A DNA stretch of 62,940 bases, filler included, from Catajapyx aquilonaris (Eukaryota), in the NCBI GenBank assembly GCA_000934665.2. It is 2 parts of 2 records of this genome, joined end to end, with 100 filler letters (N's around TTAATTAATTAA, not from the genome) between each part and the next. Parts side by side here need not be neighbours in the genome. Positions count along the whole stretch, not along the records: positions 1 to 31,366 come from KZ539168.1; 1 more part is not named here. One strand, given 5' to 3'. The notes below the pieces were generated by a model. That model had not been told where the DNA came from. It did not search any database and worked only from the letters and a program-made list of their open reading frames with translations. This document shows positions 1 through 11,867 of this stretch, in pieces. The position numbers and the translations under genes were made by a program. Positions within the stretch are counted from its first letter, which is position 1, and each line of letters begins with the position of its first letter.

Positions 1-172
1 GATCCGTGAAGTGGCATGGACGCCAAAGATCACGTGACCTTTACGGCCTCTACCTGATTCTATCTCGTTGGGCGGACGGTAAAATTATTTAGTGCGGAAG
101 GTGGCGGAAGATGGCGGCAGTCACAGTCACGACAGTTCCTAAGCGCTTTCCGCCAAGACCGGTAGGTGGCGT

Positions 173-418
173 CAGGGTCACCTACATGAGTGCCACCCCC
201 ACCTAGACAGGGTATTGTCTCTCCGCCATATTGGAACTAAATCAGGTAGGAAAATTGCATAGGAAAAAAAAAACAATTGAAAAAAACAAAAACGAATCAC
301 TTGCCAATTCCCTATCCTGCAGCATATGGGGCGGCCATATTGGAACTAGATTGCATAAGGACTATGTGAAGACAATACCCTGGTTAGGGTGGGGGAGGCA
401 ACCATGTAGGGGACCCTG
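173..418. mobile_element. MITE-like element with ~48-bp imperfect inverted arms
   Basis: CAGGGTCACCTACATG...CAGGGTATTGTCT (173-220) is an imperfect reverse complement of AGACAATACCCTG...CATGTAGGGGACCCTG (370-418); internal direct repeat GCCATATTGGAACTA. Confidence 0.5.
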
Positions 419-593
419 GGTGGCGTAGGTGGCAGCACTGGCGGACGGGCCATTACGTCAGAGTGACGTCAGAGTGACGTCAAGTGTTCCAGACAAGGCG
501 TTTATTATGGGGAATGGGCAGCATTGGCCACAAGTGATTGATTTCAAAATTGTTTCAAAAGATCGTCAACACCTCATAAGTTCTTCATTTGCT

Positions 594-970
594 ACCGAAG
601 CAGTTTGGTGGAGTGGATAAGGTGTTAGACTGATAATCGGGAAGTCTTGGGTTCTAGTACCGGAGCCGGAAATCCTAACCGTGGTTTTCTGTGGTTTCCC
701 ACGCCCCCCCNNNNNNNNNNNNNNNNNNNNNNNNNNNNNNNNNNNNNNNNNNNNNNNNNNNNNNNNNNNNNNNNNNNNNNNNNNNNNNNNNNNNNNNNNN
801 NNNNNNNNNNNNNNNNNNNNNNNNNNNNNNNNNNNNNNNNNNNNNNNNNNNCCCCCCCCCCCCTCATTATCCCTATCCTGTCCCCTGCACCGGATGGTGG
901 TATTCCACTCCCCTAAGGGGCCTAGGGCCCTAGCATTGGGTACCAAAATAAAATATAATAAATAATAAAA
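594..970 (+). mobile_element. tRNA-derived SINE, family B (spans N gap 711-851)
   Basis: Head ACCGAAGCAG...GGTTCTAGTACC and body GTGGTTTTCTGTGGTTTCCCAC match the copies at 21152-21515 and 56419-57188; A-rich tail. Confidence 0.7.
711..851. other. assembly gap (N run flanked by poly-C)
   Basis: 141 N. Confidence 0.99.
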
Positions 971-1938
971 AATATCAAAAAAATTAACAAAGCAATTCAG
1001 GCATATCTGGGGTAATCTATATGAATTATGTCAGTAAATCCACGCAATACTAATTCAATATTCAATATTCATATTGAATACGAACGAGGAGGAATTCTTG
1101 CCCCATTAAACATGGTTGAATCATTCATTGTGTCCAGGGTGTACGTCCCAACGGAACCGGCCATTAATTTGGTCTCTTCTGATAGAGTCCCGAGCGCAGT
1201 CCATTTGGCGAAGAATAGAGGACTTACGCCTCCTTGGTTGCCATCAATGACGCCACTTGTATACATCCCAATTCGACGTGGCGAAGCAGGACGGAAGTGA
1301 CGCAAACTTGTAGCCTCCGTTCCCACAATCAGGAAAGGGCTGGATGGGAGGGCAGGCTCATCTAGTCTTCTGCCACCATGCATTTTCCACACTTGCGTGG
1401 ATACCCTCATTGGCTCGCTTCGACGCCGATACTTAATAGGACGCATGTCTGTGTATACGCAACGGAAGGGATGCGAACGAGAGGGTATTTTTCACGCCCT
1501 TGATATTGATGCTCTTGCTATTCACATATATTTGACGTGACAAATGTGTTTGAGTCACAGTGATTTACATGGAATAGCGATAAAAAACTGTTATGGTCAT
1601 TAGAGACCAACAACAATTTTCACACTCTGAATAAGAGCACCATTAGAGTGATGATCATAATTATGTCAAATAATATGGCAGTAACGAGAAATATTCTCGA
1701 AACAGCGTCTTTATGGGTGTCTAGTGGGTAGGCCCTATTATGTATTACCAAATGGCAACAAGGTTGGTTCCAAGTGTATGGGAAGTATTACATAAATTGC
1801 GGTGCATTATAACTGTGTCTTATTATATACGTTACAGTTCGCCAAGCAGTTGGCGTGGCCTGCAGAAAACGAACGACTGAGTCTTATCCATTGTTATAGA
1901 AGACTCAGGTTAGGTCACTCCCACCCACCCCCTGCCGA

Positions 1939-2214
1939 GGGGTTTTGCAGCGGGTGCTCACCTGAGAGCGCCATGAGACATTTCCCAGAGCAATTATGTG
2001 GCGACCCTACCGGACTAGGCTGAACTTTATAGGTACAAAAGGGAAGCGCTACATTGGGGGACCCGACATGGGCGCCGGCGGCCATGTTGGGCCCACATGT
2101 AGCGCTTCCCTTTTGTACCTATAAAGTTCAGCCTAGTCCGGTAGGGTCGCCACATAATTGCTCTGGGAAATGTCTCATGGTGCTCTCAGGTGAGCACCCG
2201 CTGCAAAACACCCC
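1939..2214. repeat. near-perfect palindrome (foldback/MITE-like), ~115-bp arms
   Basis: GTTTTGCAGCGGGTGCTCACCTGAGAG...GGGAAGCGCTACAT is mirrored by ATGTAGCGCTTCCC...CTCTCAGGTGAGCACCCGCTGCAAAAC; ORFs 1802+ and 2128- share the peptide MRHFPEQLCGDPTGLG. Confidence 0.9.
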
Positions 2215-2504
2215 GTCAGGTGATAAGCCCAGAAGGTAGGGGTAGTGTCCGTGGGCTGGTCTTATCAGTAAACTAGCTTTATTATGCCTTAATCTCTGTC
2301 GTTTCAATTGGTGATATAATAGTAATACCGTACAGTACATACTTGAGTTATGTCGCATATTTGGGGATACGTGTAATGAAGATCGGTACTTTAGAGGCGA
2401 TTTTGTAATGGCGGCGATTATAAATCGTGATTCGTCCTCAGAAAGTTTCTGCCGCTGCATAGTACTCCTTTAAACAAAGTAATACGTTTGAACCCCTGAG
2501 TCGC

Positions 2505-3258
2505 TACCAGCTAGGCCGAAAACGGCTCAGTAAGATTTTCTCTTATGCCTACTATGAAGATACGGTCGAGATATTTTACAAATAATAACAGCTATATTTA
2601 CCCATTCATGGAAAACATTATGAATGTGTTGCGAACAATTTTACTCCTCTAAAAGTCCCTAAATTAATTTCCAAAAAGACGGCCCTTACTGACTCGAATA
2701 GAGTACTACCGGCCAACTGTTACGCTGATTTAATTATGAAATTATAAAATTTAAGGAGAACTGTGCCAGACGAATTTGCTGAAATCGTCGTACTCTCCGA
2801 GAAATTTATTAATACTTATTAGCGGATTTTTGACACGGCTTCGGAAAACTCCCAAATTGAATTTATTTGAGTTTTCCGAAGTGCCAGCAAGGCGCAAATA
2901 AGTAGGCCTATTATTTTATTTCTCGCAAAGTACGACCATTTCAGCAAATTAGCCTGGCACGGTTCTCAAGATTTTTGTTCCGTATATTTTAGCGTATATT
3001 TCATAACCCTGTAATGCCCACTGGGTTATATCTGGCCTGCAGTACTCGAATTTCGAGTTTTTAAGGCAGTCTCTTTGGAAATTAATTTAGGGACTTCTAG
3101 AGTAGTAACGTTGTTCGCAACACATTCATATAGTGTTTTCCATGAATTAGTAAATATAGCTGTTATTATTCGTAAAATATCTTTGTGTTTATCTTCAGAG
3201 TATAGCTGTATATAGGCGTATACTAAGCTAATGGCGTTTTTGGCTTATATAGGTGGTA
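2505..3258. mobile_element. diverged ~750-bp palindromic foldback element, centre ~2860
   Basis: Arms pair along their length, e.g. AATAATAACAGCTATATTTAC / GTAAATATAGCTGTTATTATT, GTCCCTAAATTAATTTCCAAA / TTTGGAAATTAATTTAGGGAC, CTTCGGAAAACTC / GAGTTTTCCGAAG. Confidence 0.8.
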
Positions 3259-5642
3259 AAAAAGTAAGAAATGCGAAACACCCTTTAAGCTGACCAACCT
3301 GGGGACCAGAAACAACAATAAGAGGACCGGTTTTGCTCTCCGATATTCATAGACATGAAGACCAAAAATTTAGGACAAATATAGTCACATTCTCGTCAAT
3401 ATTGTGTAATCTACTGCCCAGAATGTTTGATGTCTACATTAGATTTCCTGATGCTCAAGTCAGGTTTCTGTTTCTAAGGGAATTGACCCGTATCACTTAC
3501 AGAAATCAAATAAAAAATCAATCAATGATTGCAATTTCAAATCTCAATATAATCATTCCAAAAATGAAATGTTCGGGACTTCAGGCCTGTGTAATCTCCG
3601 TCGGATGGCGCTGAGTCCTCTGACCAAGACCCTTGTGTGAAAAGAGCGTGTGGACGGGGTCCCCCCCTTCAAAAAATAAAAATGAAAACTCCCCCACAAA
3701 AAGGTTGGTCCGGTGCCAAGCGCCGCCACTTAGAAACGAAACGCCATCCTTATTCGGTCCCCTTGCAGCTTAATCATCCGCACAAAAGAGACCCACCATC
3801 TATCACCACAGGCCCCATTTTTCAAGCCCGCCCGAGGTAATGGGCAATAAGGGACCGGAGCATACGATTAATTCCCTCCGACCAACCCACCTTCACGTGA
3901 CGCCTCAGTTCAGACCAATCAACCAACACTGGCCCTATCTAACCACCAATCCCGAGAAAGCCTGTCCGATCACCTAGCCAGCCTCCGAGTGATTGATCAC
4001 ATATTGGGGAATTTATAGTCGCACAATGCTTTCGTGCTGGCGGTTCATAATTCGGATCTTACATAAATATTCCCCGCAGGCACATATTTTCTTCCTGTAT
4101 TACAAAACTCCTGACTTCTCTTATGATGGAGAGGATTAATCTCAGGGAGGGCCCCCCCAGCTTAACTCTCAACCCCCCTGTCCTTTGCCCCTCGCCACCA
4201 AAAATAACAATGCACCACCTTCAGAGGAAAACGCAGGTACGAATTTTTCATGCTCAATCTAATTAGTAACGTTGTAATTTAATGGGATTTATGACTCGGC
4301 GGGAGGTGCATCATGGCGCCGTTTTTTATTTCTGGAAGAGGGTAGGATTTATAATCTTCTGAGAAAAAAAACTCAAAAAATAAAAATGTACAGAAAATAT
4401 GTGTATGGAAAGGAGTGAGGAGAGAAGAAGCTGGTTTGTAGTCACTTTGGAATGTACTCCGACAGGATGTCCACTGTTGCCGTTTTTAACGTGTAATTTA
4501 TGGGCACTTTATGATTGGGGCAGGTTGCGTTTGTTGCACACCCTGTACCGCACAGACTGGGATACGGGTCAACCTCATCACCCTTTAGAATTTGAATTGC
4601 GTCCAAATATAGCATTTCTGAATGGCCAATTAACCCAGCAACCTGATGAGGCCTAATCAGGTCCACTACAAGACCACCCTCAACATCTTGAGTGTCTGCT
4701 AAAAAGACCTATACCGAAATGATGATAACGATGATGGCCTCTGGTGAGGTACAAAAAAAGAGAGGACAATTACCAGTCTGGAACCAGCTGGAACAACCTT
4801 ATTAGCCTGGTATTCTTGCAAAGTGGGGGTCCTCAAAGAGGAGGGTAGGACCTCATTAGAGGCAGGTTGCCCCCCATTCAACCGAGGGGGCCGCCCTGGA
4901 GAGAGATGCCGCTGGGATGTGAGAGATGGGCAGGCATTTGAGCTGACCTCTTCACCAGGGGCGGCCCACAGGGGGGGCCAGCTATTCTCCTCTTGTCCGC
5001 TCCGAGAAAAATAACCATAATAACAATAAGCCAACTGCTCGAATTATATTGTGAAGTAGTGTATATATACGGACCAACCAATCATCATCTGCAGGGGTGC
5101 CAGATGAACACGAACGGAATGCATGTCTGGTAACCCTGGAGTTGCAGAAGGCGGCCATATTTGCCATTCTGGTCGTCAGCAGCCGCCTGGCCCTCGAGTT
5201 CTTCCGGACCATCGGTCTGTTTGAAAGCGGCATGCGGGTGCCTCTGGAGAGCGCCCTTTTCCTTTTTGTCCAGACTCTCCAGAGGGCTCCAGCTGTTCCG
5301 CCCTCGCGCCCACTTGCGCATGCTAATCGAGTGGATGCGCACCATTGTTGTGCGGGCTTGTTTCCGCGGACTGCACGCGCGTCCTGGAGAGAGGCTTTCA
5401 GTTGATCACAAGCCAGTGTGTGTCTCCTTGCTTTTCCGGACCAACCGCCGGTTATAAACACCAGAATGCGAATTGATCATCAGCACATGTGGTGTGCCCG
5501 ATTGACCTATAGGCTACGTACTTGATGGCGGAGGAATCCAGCCCTATTTTGAATGTGTCCTGTAACTCTGATTAGGTGCACAAGTTTTGGTATGAACCAT
5601 GATACGTATAAGAAAGCAAATCAAGCGAGCGTTATCAAGGCA

Positions 5643-5715
5643 GCCGGGATAGCTCAGTTGGGAGAGCGTTAGACTGAAGATCTAAAGGTCCCTGGTTCGA
5701 TCCCGGGTCACGGCA
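5643..5715 (+). tRNA. tRNA-Phe (anticodon GAA)
   Basis: 73-nt cloverleaf GCCGGGATAGCTCAGTTGGGAGAGCGTTAGACTGAAGATCTAAAGGTCCCTGGTTCGATCCCGGGTCACGGCA; D, anticodon and T arms match metazoan tRNA-Phe; intact A and B boxes; one acceptor-stem mismatch (G5:A68). Confidence 0.95.
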
Positions 5716-5720
5716 GCAGC

Positions 5721-5728
5721 TTTTTTTT
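5721..5728 (+). terminator. RNA polymerase III terminator (T8)
   Basis: T run 5 nt after the tRNA 3' end. Confidence 0.8.
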
Positions 5729-8700
5729 AAAAAAAGAAAATCTCAATTCGTGTCATTATTTTTAAGTTTTTAAGTGATGCTTGCAGTAAAGAGAAGAAAT
5801 AAAATCTGTTAAGTTTCATAGGCGAACGTGGGGATCCGATGATGAAATATAAGTGCCTTATTCCATCATGTGCCGATATTGTCGTTTATAGTCTGACAAA
5901 AGAACGTATTCGACATTTTTGCTAAAATCGGATCATGGCGTCTGCCAGCATCATCAAGTGTTGGGGTCACATTATGACATAACGGTGAACCCGTGTGACG
6001 TGGCATCAGAATTATAGCGAAAAATCAAAACCCCATCCTATATGACTATTTATATACGTATATAGCGGGAGACTATCCTGTAAAATTATGAAAATGTTGA
6101 ATTCGTCCTTTTGTCAGATCAACGACGATATGGAGTCAAAAAGGTGGAACACTGGAATGTGTCCTCACCAATAACACCGGCCAACAGTGATTTTGTAACA
6201 TGCGAATTTTTGGTTGATTTTTCAATAGTTTTTGATGCCAAGTCCGAATATGGGGTCGGAAAACGTGTGGATATAGCATAATGTCTAAATTAAAGCACTT
6301 GCCTCCAGTTATTTTCATGCCCATCAAACAGGCTGAACCATAATTAATCCCCATTTCCTCAATTTCCTATCACTCCATCACATAACTCGATTTCCACATA
6401 TAGGTCCTCAGATCGGCCAATCCCCCGCCAGCTCCTACAGGGCAGGCCATACATTACTCTGAGCCATCACCCAAACTACATTAAGGGATTTTGTGTGTAA
6501 GAGCAGATCGGAATCGGAGCAGTTGAAGCCCCCCAACGGTGCTTTTGGGAGGAAGCTTTCAAGAGCCTAATGATGTTTGCGCCCATCGATTACTCCTTCC
6601 TTCCATATAGGATTGCTCCTCTGGATCCATCAGCCACAAGATATATCCGGAGGAATAGCCCCCAGCACTCAGACTGTTATAGGCCTATGTGTGCATGGAA
6701 AAAAAAATCAGGTCGAATAAGGGACAAAGAAGGGTTAGTCACGAATAGGGAGTCCTTGATTTATAGTGGGTGTCTATGTCCGCACCGAGAAAAATCAAAG
6801 TGCAGATTTAACACCGGCGGTGTTGTATCAGGCACCAAATGGGGTGGATTCTATGGCGCCATTAATTTATTTTTATTTTAGGAAGCAGCGGCAGGGGGTG
6901 AAGGTTTCACCCTTCCTGCGAGAATTAGCCAAAGCGACATCCAACAGGATTATGCGCTTGTATAAATAAGACCTCTCTCCTCGAACGTGCTTCACAAACA
7001 CGCGAGTTATATAGTGCAAGATGAGAGGGACTATTATTTTAGACACTATATACGTGGGCGGATTGCTTTGAAAATGAGGCGGTGAGAGAGGTGTATAGGT
7101 TACGCCTACTCACAAGCTGTGTGTTCCATTTCAGGTTTCGCAAACATTTTGTTATTATTTTTGAAAAAATTAACCAATGATTTGTGGTCACCTTATAGTT
7201 TGAGAATAAACTGTACAGAGTGCATTGCCGACAATGCCATCCTTAAGATATATATTTTCCGCCTTGTTGTGTATGAATGAAGTTTTTGATGGTACCATCA
7301 CGTTGATGGCGTTTTAGATTGACAGATCTTGCTGCAAACCCAGGCAGAAATCAACAAAGTTGCAAGTTAATACGCTTGCTGGAAGGCGGGCAGACAAGTT
7401 TTAATGATCCATATTACAATGTTATTAGTTGTTTGCCAAACAATAATGGCAGGGTGTTAGAAAACATTGCAGGCTTGGCACAACCCTCCTGATGATTTAC
7501 ATTCCGTAATGAAACATTTTAAAATGTTCCAGTATCGAGCTGATCAAATACAACTTTTATCATAGGCTGTTTCTGCAAATATACTCATATCCTTTGAAAG
7601 GTGAAATCATTCCTTTTGAGTTCACATGATCAGAAAAACAAGGTTTCAATAATTGTCTTACATTTGACATTGTTTTATTTTGACATGATCACATGCCAGG
7701 CTCAAGGCGTGCTAAAGTTGTGAATTTATTAATGTTTCATTTCTGACATATAGGCCTACCCTGATAACAATAATGAATAGTGTAGGCCTACTGTACAAGT
7801 GAGTTGAAAATATGCAGTACTATAATATACGTATAATGCTTTTACAACAGTGTTAAGTTATTATTGCTTGGTTTTATACAAAGAGCTATTTTCTTATTTT
7901 CGGCAAACCTTCAACGTAACTGTTATGGGTCGTAAATAACAGTTGATGACAATTGTAGGCCTACCTATATGCTAATCAATACTGACCTCTAGAGACACCA
8001 ATCCTGCCTGAGCTTTTTATACTTTTCATACTTCATACCAATGATCATTGCCTATTATTGCAAGTTGTGGTGACTCTTGATTCAAAGATACCCGTCCTCC
8101 AAGGCATATAATACTTACATAGACGTGTACACGGGTGAGTCAGAACTCCAGCAAGAGTATAAAAGAATATTCCGGACAGTACGTATATAATAATTATACG
8201 GTAACACTTTTCCCTAAAGGTCCATCTCCACTCAGAGCATTCGTTGGCCCAATCCAAGTCGAACACTGACCGTAATTTGCAGTCAACAGAGTATAACTAT
8301 TTAAATATTGCTTAACCCAGACATAAACCGGATTTCTCAAAGAGAATAATGAACAGGCACCTTGACAAATTCTGGTATAATTTTGAAGTCTCACTTATAC
8401 AAGTATGTTACATTTTTGTTATTGTGGGACGAATCCCTATAGATATAGGCTAATTATAGACTTATTGTGATAATATCTGGGACTTTAGATACCGATGAGC
8501 AATATGTCGAAACAAGGGTATTTATGCACCAACATAAAATAATTGTAAAACGACTTAGGATCAGTAATACATATTCGTTTGTAGCTCTTATATTTTTATA
8601 AAATGCATTCAGCAGTATAGGAAAATTCTGGCGGCACATGGCTTTAATTTTTGATCAATGTCAACAGTTAATCATTTTTGCCTATATTGCGTTGAGTTAA

Positions 8701-11700
8701 CAATTCTACAATTGAAAGTGTTTTACATTTCTGTAATACACTTAAAACTAATATTTGCACTACGAATCTACGATCAAAATTTTACACGTACATGAACCTC
8801 CGAACAAAATACTTTTCTTTGATTAATGTTGATGTTTGTTATAACTTTGTGGTGGCCTTTCAAATAATGAATCCCTGAAATCATGAACGATGTCACCTTT
8901 TGGTCGTTCATTGCGTCCTCGACGTCCTTGGTCAAGTCAATTTCCAGTTAGGACGCTGCCGCCGTATCTCCAGGATCTACCCACAGTGACAAGCCGACTC
9001 GGTGACGCATTTCCTCCTGCAGAAGAACCCGCCCAACAATAAAGGGTGTGACATCGGAAAAACGTGTTTGGTCCCCAGCCCGCAAGTTCCTAAGCTGGAA
9101 GTGACATTAGGTATAGGGTTCGGGATCCCAAATACCCGCCCTAGTAATTACAGGTTGTCAGACACAGACAGGCGCCATGTTTGTGCAAAGAGACAAAAAA
9201 ACAGTGACACGATGGCTCCCGAGATCCAGTCACCGACATTCGACCGTTGCCATTGCGACAGTGCAAATAGTGCCAGCAATTAGGCGCCAAGCACATTGTA
9301 TGCCCTCTTTTCTACTCAAAACTGCAGGGTGCTGTTGTGTTTGAATAGTCCTGTCTGTCCTCCCCCCTGCCCAACCCCTGTTTCTATTCCAGGAGCATAG
9401 TAAAAAGGGTCCCCCTAGCTGCCTTCCTTGAATCAGAGTTGACTTGAAGGCAAGGGGACTGACTAGCCCCCCTCGAGAGCTATCATCTATTCGGGCCAAG
9501 ATTTGTGGGGCCTCCTTAGCAGGGGGGCACCAGCAGGGACCGTCCTTTTTTTTTCTTTCTTCAGATTGACTTCAGAGGACTATACTGGTCTCGTAAATTA
9601 ACAGCCCGTTACGTCACAAGCAAGGCGTTACATAATGTGACATCTCAATTCCTCATATTGGTGTGGACATAGTGTCACCTGCTGCATTGATAGTCCAAGC
9701 TTCCAAAATGCGTCGTAGGGACTTAATTTGATCACGGGGAAGTCCCGCAGGGGTTGAGTCCACCTCTTTATTCCACCGAGTTGATTGTCCCCACAGCGGG
9801 ATAACCTCATCCCTGTGTTGTGCTCTCCAGAACTGGAACAATCACATGGAAGCAGAAAATCCTCCCGTCATGCTGGAGATGCAAAGGTGCCCCCTGTGGA
9901 GGCTGGTATGTTTGCCTATAACCCCGCCTCCCTCCTATCCCCCCGACATTTTTTTATATTTGAAAAATCTCTATCTACCTATTATCGCCAGGCTATATCT
10001 GTTCATTATAAAGCCTGACTAATGATCGATTGAGCTGCAATGCCAAACGTTTATTTCGCTCACGATTTGGAGATTCTCTTTTTTTTGTGATGGACTTCGG
10101 ACCCCCCCTGTGCCAGTTGGTTTCGCCGAATTGCATTTGGTCGAACTGACTCTATCTAGAATAAAAATATGCGAGACGCCAGAAACACAATCACTAAAAC
10201 GTACGTTTTCGCACATCCCAGGAGCAAATTAATTGTATAAGCGCTAATTAAGAGAATGTGTCCAATTAATGCATAATCCGACCCCTCCCCCCTTAACTTG
10301 GAATTTTTTTCGTATGACAATTCTTCGTATGATAGATATTCATTGAGTCGGTTGTAATGAGGTACAAGTCGTGCTCTTGTAATTCATATTCCTATTCGAC
10401 TGACAGCTATTCGGCCAAAAGGACATGAACCTGCCCGTATACACCCCACCGTTTTCCCTGGTGACGTTGATTCATGATTGGTCCACAATGACAATCGCCA
10501 AGGTGGTGGTGCCCTTTTCTTTTGCCTGAACTTGACTGCCACCTACCTGAGGCCCATATAAGCAAACGCCCTGTCTTTTTGTCTCCTCAACAATGGGCGT
10601 CTCATTCCTCTCCGTCCGAACAATGTCCCCCATTCATTTGCGCACCGGCAACATTCCTCGCCCTCGTATTTTATTGAAAGCGTGTCTTGCCAGCTTGGAA
10701 TTCGTAACTCAATTACATTACAAGGCCCTCCGATGCTGTACCAAATGGAAGGATATATAACAAAAGAAGAGTATTTGATTCCAAGATGGCGGAAGAAAGA
10801 AAATTACTTTTCGTGAGATAAAATTTTGCTCGGCATTTATGTTTCTTTAAAGTGTGACTGTAAGCAGCATGGAGTCCATAATTGAATTTATATGCTTAGA
10901 CGTGAGCACGAAGAACCTTCTAAATTATTTTAAGTAATTTTCTGCGGATGTTAACTTTTTACAGCCCATTAAAACAGTATTCACGCCCTTTAAGTGAACA
11001 TTTTATTTCATTAACTCACTTAGGTTCAGCTGCACCAGATCAGATTATTTTTTTGCTGAACAATGACAGTTAGGTTGAAAATTCAACCTTTTGTCAACAG
11101 TTGTCCTTTTCAACTATTGTCACCTTCTTCTTAGACCGTGATGCAAAGTGTTCAAGGCAAAGGGGTCGATGAGTTAGAATCCAACTCTCTATGAATGAAT
11201 TCTCCTTTATTCCAGCAGCAGCCTCTAATGTCACCTCATAATCAAGTTGGGGGTGCCGCCGGTTGACACAGCTAGGGCATTTATCAAAATTCCGCCCCCT
11301 TAATCCCTTCGTTTTAATCACAGCCCCGCTTCGGCTAACCGGATTAGCAGCGTTTCATCCCGGCGGTAAGACATCCCGCCTAAATAAATTCTATTAGGAC
11401 GGCGCTAACGCGGGATAAATTGATATAGGACCAGGGTCCCCACCGTACTCCCCCTTTTCATTTGCTTGGGGCCAGCATATATAGTGGATGGCTCCCCAGA
11501 GATGTAGAAGTGGGGATTTTCCCATGCACCCCCCACCCTCAGAAAATCGGTTCAATGGACACCCTGGCATCTGCTAGGCTTAATCTAATTGCGGGTAACG
11601 AGTCGATGTGCACGCGTCCCAATGCTATAATCATGCGACGACTTGTGAGTTGTCTCTAGAGACGTGGGGTTCCCCCAACAGTCAATTACTGTCGTCAAAA

Positions 11701-11789
11701 TATATGGGTTATATAAAGGGTGATGTGGTCCAGAAAACTTAAAGAAGTCATAAAAACACACATAAACACGATTGCGAAGGTCTGCGGGA

Positions 11790-11867
11790 CCCGGACTTTT
11801 CGCCCCCGCCGGTTCGCCCCGGACTTTTCGCCCCCAGCATATTGGCCATCGTGACAATTTCGCCCCC
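11790..11867 (+). repeat. short direct repeats (GGACTT)TTCGCCCC x4, resembling DNA-transposon subterminal repeats
   Basis: CCGGACTTTTCGCCCCC twice, plus GTTCGCCCC and ATTTCGCCCCC. Confidence 0.55.

Noticed and set aside
566..965. ORFs containing X runs
   Set aside because: They span the N gap at 711-851.
4982..5461. 159-aa minus ORF with a faint basic, bHLH-like stretch (RKNSRARR...MANMAAF)
   Set aside because: Lacks the E-R-x-R motif and helix-2 pattern; several frames are open here simply because the segment is GC-rich.
7480..7540. Hammerhead-like CTGATGA...GAAA with flanking stems
   Set aside because: Stem II closes with T:T and there is no stem I partner for the sequence 5' of CTGATGA; the stem III match is just an AT-rich palindrome.
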